Positions 60,101-64,000 of a stretch of 64,000 bases of DNA are shown one piece after another. The notes under the pieces are model-generated. The model saw only the letters and a list, made by a program, of their open reading frames with translations. It was not told the origin of the DNA and did not search any database. The stretch spans positions 1,054,001-1,118,000 of the forward strand of contig JBLWGC010000104.1 in the NCBI GenBank assembly GCA_048772705.1, in the 5' to 3' direction. This DNA is from Leidyana gryllorum EB-2025a. Taxonomy: Eukaryota; Protista; Apicomplexa. The position numbers and the translations under genes are program-made. Numbering within the stretch: position 1 is the first letter of the stretch; every line of letters begins with the position of its first letter.

Positions 60101-63100
60101 TCACTTTCTCGACAATATTGTCTTCAGTGCATTCCCCACGATTGCTCCTCCAATCATGAAAGCGGCTTTCTCGTCTGCCTTCCCGATTGACGATTCTCTG
60201 AGATTCTTCTGAGAGACTTGCTGGCCCTCCCACAGACTGACTGCCTGCTGCGCCAACATGAACGCTGTGTTGGCTTGACCCCCCATTTGTTGGAATCCGA
60301 TCCGAGCGAGAGCTGTTGCGGACCCAGGGCACCTTGTTATTGCAGCTCCGAGAAGCTGCACTGTCGCGGTCACCAGGGCACCGCGCTCCATACACACAGA
60401 CATTCTCTCCCAATCGATTCCCGATGGCCGAGTATCAGGGGCGAGACGCCTACTGCCCAACAGACCGCGCTGTTTTGACGCCCTCTGGTCCACCTGATCC
60501 TCTTGCAGGGGATGTCCGTCACCAACCGAGAGCTTTGCCAAGTTCACCATCTCGTTGTCGGAGCCCGAATTACCCACCACCGGGTTATAGGTGTAGGCAA
60601 AATGATTGCTGATGCATTGATACTCCTGATTATGTCGCCATATTTTCAGTACATCAGCTGTACAGTCTCTGACACGGAGTTTCACTTCATATTGATATCG
60701 CTGGAGGTTCCATCGAAGGGAGTTGTCAAGCTTCCGAGGCTTGAGGGACTCGTTTATGAGGGAAACAAGCCGAAGTCCGACAAAACACACAGTATTCGGT
60801 TCACAGTTCAACGTAGGATCATCGGGATTCAGGAAAAAGTCTTTGAGAATCATCTCAACGGCGCTTCTCTCTTCATAAGTGAGCGCCGCCAGCCACGATC
60901 GCAATTGCATCTCCTTCGCGGACGAGATGATGTGTTTCATCGGAGACAACTTCAGAGTCGCCTTCCAAGCGTTATTCGCATCCCATCCGATTTGGAATAC
61001 GGCGTGCAACAGTGACGGGAGCAGACTCGCCTTCAGTTCCTCGAGAGTACTTTTTAGGGTCGCAAGATCGATCACTGCATCCCCCTCATCGGTCACAATA
61101 TCTATTGCGTCTGTCCTGAACGACGACTTGCGAATAATCTTCGAGGCCAATGATCGACAAACTTCAATCTGATCCTCCAACAGCGTTCTCTCCGCAGCGC
61201 CTTCGCCGCGCAGGAAGACTTGCCCAAAGTGCACCCCTATTTGAGGCTGCGATACCGATTTCACAGTGCTTCCGTCACGCTCTTCTCTTTGGAGGTAACC
61301 CTTCCTGGCGTACGAGTCAACGAGCCATCTGCAACCCGCTGCTGCTCCCTTAATGGCGAAGGGAGCTGCAGTCAGTGCGAGACAGATGCCAGAGTATCCC
61401 AACAATGTGGCCGCGCCAGACACAACATTTGCTCCAGGAGTGAGGTATTTGGCCAAGAGACCTCGCGATTCAGGATGGGGACATGCGGAATGGACTTTTT
61501 CACTGCAAATCTCCGTCACGGGCAGATTAATGGAGGGCGTGGACGGGCCAAGCAGCGTTAGATCTCCTCCAGAGGAGGACCGTTTCGTCACACGCACCTT
61601 GGACCACACAATGCCGGCTTGGATCTGTGTCGTGCCCACCGCCAGGGCCAATAGCCCTCTGGAGAAGATGAACGGAACGCGTCCGTGATGGCTTTTACGG
61701 TGAAGGAGCCTTCGCATGGAGTTTCTGGTTAGGTTTCGCAAATCAGGTATCGAATGGTGGTACTGTCGCTCGTTGAAATGGGAATACGGGCGTGGAGTCC
61801 CCCCGAAAGCGTCTCTCTCCAACCGTGGCCAGATGAAGAGGCATTCACGACATGGGGTTTTGTCAAAGGTGTCAAGCAGATCCTTAGGGGCCCAGAAGCG
61901 TGTGCCGCTGACGCTTCGGAGAACTGACCCCGCACTAACCTTCTCATGCGGATGTTCCGTCAAATAAGAAGTTACAAATTTGCATTCGGGGTCACTCGAA
62001 CGCGCCTGGACTGTGGGCCAATTACGCCTGCACCAGTCACTGTAAGTCACTTCCGAAGCCAATATCTCGAAAGATTTGCCGAATTCTGGATATCCTTTCA
62101 TGGTGGCCCACCTCGTTGCCTGGGCAGTTGGTGGCTGACAAACCTCAACCTCCGCCCACGAGTATTCTCGCTGACTATCGATTCGCGATTCTGGAAAGGT
62201 GAAGAAAGTTTCTTCCATCCTCTGCATCAAGTCTTTCGAAACTTCAGTCTTGTGCCACGCAGATGAGGGAAGTGTGGAGAGAAGTTGCCACGCTTCTGGT
62301 TGCGCCGAGCCGTCGGATGCTGAGCTATCGAATTCGAGGTGGATACTGTTGAATTGTTGTTGTACAGTTCGTGCCACGATGGTCGTCGGACCATCGCATC
62401 CAATATAGCCATTGTTGATGACTGTGTTCGTCAATTTGGTGGGCGACTTGCGCTTCAACTCTTCCGGTGATCGTGGCTTTAGTAAATTGTCTCCATCGTC
62501 CACTCCATCGGCAGGAATGATGTGCAGCTCCTTCTCAACATACAAATTGCCATAGTTCACGAATTTCGAGGCGATTTGAATTTGGGCGATTCCACCAAGC
62601 TCTGTGCCGTCTTCGGGGTCCAGCACGATGATGTCCCCACCATCCGACACCCTTCCACCGTTCTCAAAGGAGTCGCTTATAGTCAGTAAATTGGAAGTCT
62701 TTACGCGTCCGGTGTTCGTCACTTTGTGTCGAGGGCTAACCACATCAACCTCACCGCCCTCGATGAGACCACGCAGTGTGATGGGTCCCTCATCAGCGAA
62801 TAAGAGCACCTTTTCCGTGGTCGCGAGTTGTCCGTTGAGATCGATCCCCTCTCGCCCCCACCCAACGATAACCAGATCAGTGCTCAACCGCAAGTCCGAA
62901 TCGGCTGAGGTCCACGGGGCCTCACATTTTATGAGGACGAGACTCAGATGATTGTCGCTCGACTTCGTGGCCAGGGGTGCTAGATGGGATTCGATGTCGA
63001 CCCTCTTCGTCTTGGCGGTTGGGGACAGTTCCATATGAAGGTGCCGACGTTGGGCGTCTGAGGGGTCAGCGGTCCAGTGGTAAGTGTTACCCTGGCACAC

Positions 63101-63847
63101 GATAGTGAGGTCGTCCATACAGTGAACCTTCTCAAGGCCTCGAACTCCGCTTCCGCCCTCCACCTTCCAGGCACAGTGACGTCCCGTAGTGTCATGCTGC
63201 ACAAGTCGTAGTAACTCATGGACTAGCGTCGCATCCAGGGCTATCTCTTTGCTAATGCGATAAGTTATAATATCGGTATTCTCCGCTCCTCGTTCAAGTT
63301 GCATTTCTTGAATGAAGGCGACGACCGTCTTTGGATTTGTATTGAAATGGCCATTTTGTGGCTTAGTGATTCTAACAGGGAGCTCAAAATGGAAAGGAGC
63401 CCCAGCGGTCCACTCGGGGGCGACCACAGATATAGCAAGTTTCACTGTGCGAAATTGATTGCGATGCATTAAAGACGTCAGATACGCTAATTCAACGAGA
63501 TCGAGCGTCGATTTAAATTGAATGTTCATAATCCACGTGCCATCTTTACGTGTCCAGTGTGTTCCAGCAGCTGCAGCTTCCAGAAAGGAAGTGCCGCGCT
63601 TGTCATTTTTCACTTCATTTGATAGGGGTACGAGAGAAGTGAACACTTGCAACAACTCTATCAATTTAGAACCAAACATCGTCATTGAAATGGAAGATAT
63701 ACACACGCAGATCTTTTGCGCAGATGCAAATCGTTTCGGGCTGTCAGGGGCAGCGAGGTTTCGCAACGCCACAAGTAGGTGGCGAAATTTCGGAGACGTC
63801 GCCCTATTTACCTGTCTATGAAGCGGATCAGCGTTGCTTTGTAACAT
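60101..63847 (-). CDS. 1248-aa intronless protein with haemagglutinin (FhaB/CdiA)-like repeats and hydrophobic segments
   Basis: Long uninterrupted ORF. Repeats IDLNGQL, VTNTGRV, FENGGRV, FVNYGNL and VINNGYI. Hydrophobic GANVVSGAATLLGYSGICLALTAAPFAI and C-terminal AAFMIGGAIVGNAL. Confidence 0.75.
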   Translation of the reverse strand: MLQSNADPLHRQVNRATSPKFRHLLVALRNLAAPDSPKRFASAQKICVCISSISMTMFGSKLIELLQVFTSLVPLSNEVKNDKRGTSFLEAAAAGTHWTRKDGTWIMNIQFKSTLDLVELAYLTSLMHRNQFRTVKLAISVVAPEWTAGAPFHFELPVRITKPQNGHFNTNPKTVVAFIQEMQLERGAENTDIITYRISKEIALDATLVHELLRLVQHDTTGRHCAWKVEGGSGVRGLEKVHCMDDLTIVCQGNTYHWTADPSDAQRRHLHMELSPTAKTKRVDIESHLAPLATKSSDNHLSLVLIKCEAPWTSADSDLRLSTDLVIVGWGREGIDLNGQLATTEKVLLFADEGPITLRGLIEGGEVDVVSPRHKVTNTGRVKTSNLLTISDSFENGGRVSDGGDIIVLDPEDGTELGGIAQIQIASKFVNYGNLYVEKELHIIPADGVDDGDNLLKPRSPEELKRKSPTKLTNTVINNGYIGCDGPTTIVARTVQQQFNSIHLEFDSSASDGSAQPEAWQLLSTLPSSAWHKTEVSKDLMQRMEETFFTFPESRIDSQREYSWAEVEVCQPPTAQATRWATMKGYPEFGKSFEILASEVTYSDWCRRNWPTVQARSSDPECKFVTSYLTEHPHEKVSAGSVLRSVSGTRFWAPKDLLDTFDKTPCRECLFIWPRLERDAFGGTPRPYSHFNERQYHHSIPDLRNLTRNSMRRLLHRKSHHGRVPFIFSRGLLALAVGTTQIQAGIVWSKVRVTKRSSSGGDLTLLGPSTPSINLPVTEICSEKVHSACPHPESRGLLAKYLTPGANVVSGAATLLGYSGICLALTAAPFAIKGAAAGCRWLVDSYARKGYLQREERDGSTVKSVSQPQIGVHFGQVFLRGEGAAERTLLEDQIEVCRSLASKIIRKSSFRTDAIDIVTDEGDAVIDLATLKSTLEELKASLLPSLLHAVFQIGWDANNAWKATLKLSPMKHIISSAKEMQLRSWLAALTYEERSAVEMILKDFFLNPDDPTLNCEPNTVCFVGLRLVSLINESLKPRKLDNSLRWNLQRYQYEVKLRVRDCTADVLKIWRHNQEYQCISNHFAYTYNPVVGNSGSDNEMVNLAKLSVGDGHPLQEDQVDQRASKQRGLLGSRRLAPDTRPSGIDWERMSVCMERGALVTATVQLLGAAITRCPGSATALARIGFQQMGGQANTAFMLAQQAVSLWEGQQVSQKNLRESSIGKADEKAAFMIGGAIVGNALKTILSRK

Positions 63848-64000
63848 TATTGAGACGTTCTCTCGCGGTTCCGCACTTTGCTGCTGTGGGAAGAGGTCTG
63901 TGAAATGGGGACTCAGTGTAGCAGATCACTACATGTTTTTGATGTGCGATCGTGTCGACACACCTAGGCGTGCGGCAGATCACCCTCACTCGAGATCTTC

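Overview
Gene-dense eukaryotic DNA with short GT-AG introns (mostly about 35-60 nt) and the standard genetic code. It is most likely an apicomplexan, possibly a gregarine. This is inferred from the EWGWC insertion in enolase, the [10 protein letters not shown]-loop in GAPDH, an aldolase with an ATG-only first exon, a DYRKP kinase and PAN/apple-mucin adhesins. Recognisable genes are RpiA, class I aldolase, five near-identical intronless enolases, GAPDH, a Cof-type HAD phosphatase, M1 aminopeptidase N, an ABCC transporter, Rpn8, RPC5, TAF12-like and TAF4-like histone-fold proteins, LCMT1, a DYRKP kinase and an ABHD/YheT-like hydrolase. Less usual items: (1) a 1248-aa intronless protein with filamentous-haemagglutinin/CdiA-like repeats and hydrophobic segments; (2) four head-to-head gene pairs whose predicted ATGs are only 29-50 bp apart, one being an inverted paralogue pair; (3) a mosaic enolase array and GAPDH sharing an upstream CACACG motif; (4) GAPDH substitutions at cofactor-specificity positions; (5) a LOTUS-RING-TRAF-SH3 architecture; (6) a gene-poor 4.2-7.2 kb interval with degenerate zinc-knuckle-like repeats and three palindromic sites. 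No rRNA, tRNA or CRISPR array was recognised. All exon models and domain calls are by eye, without searches.
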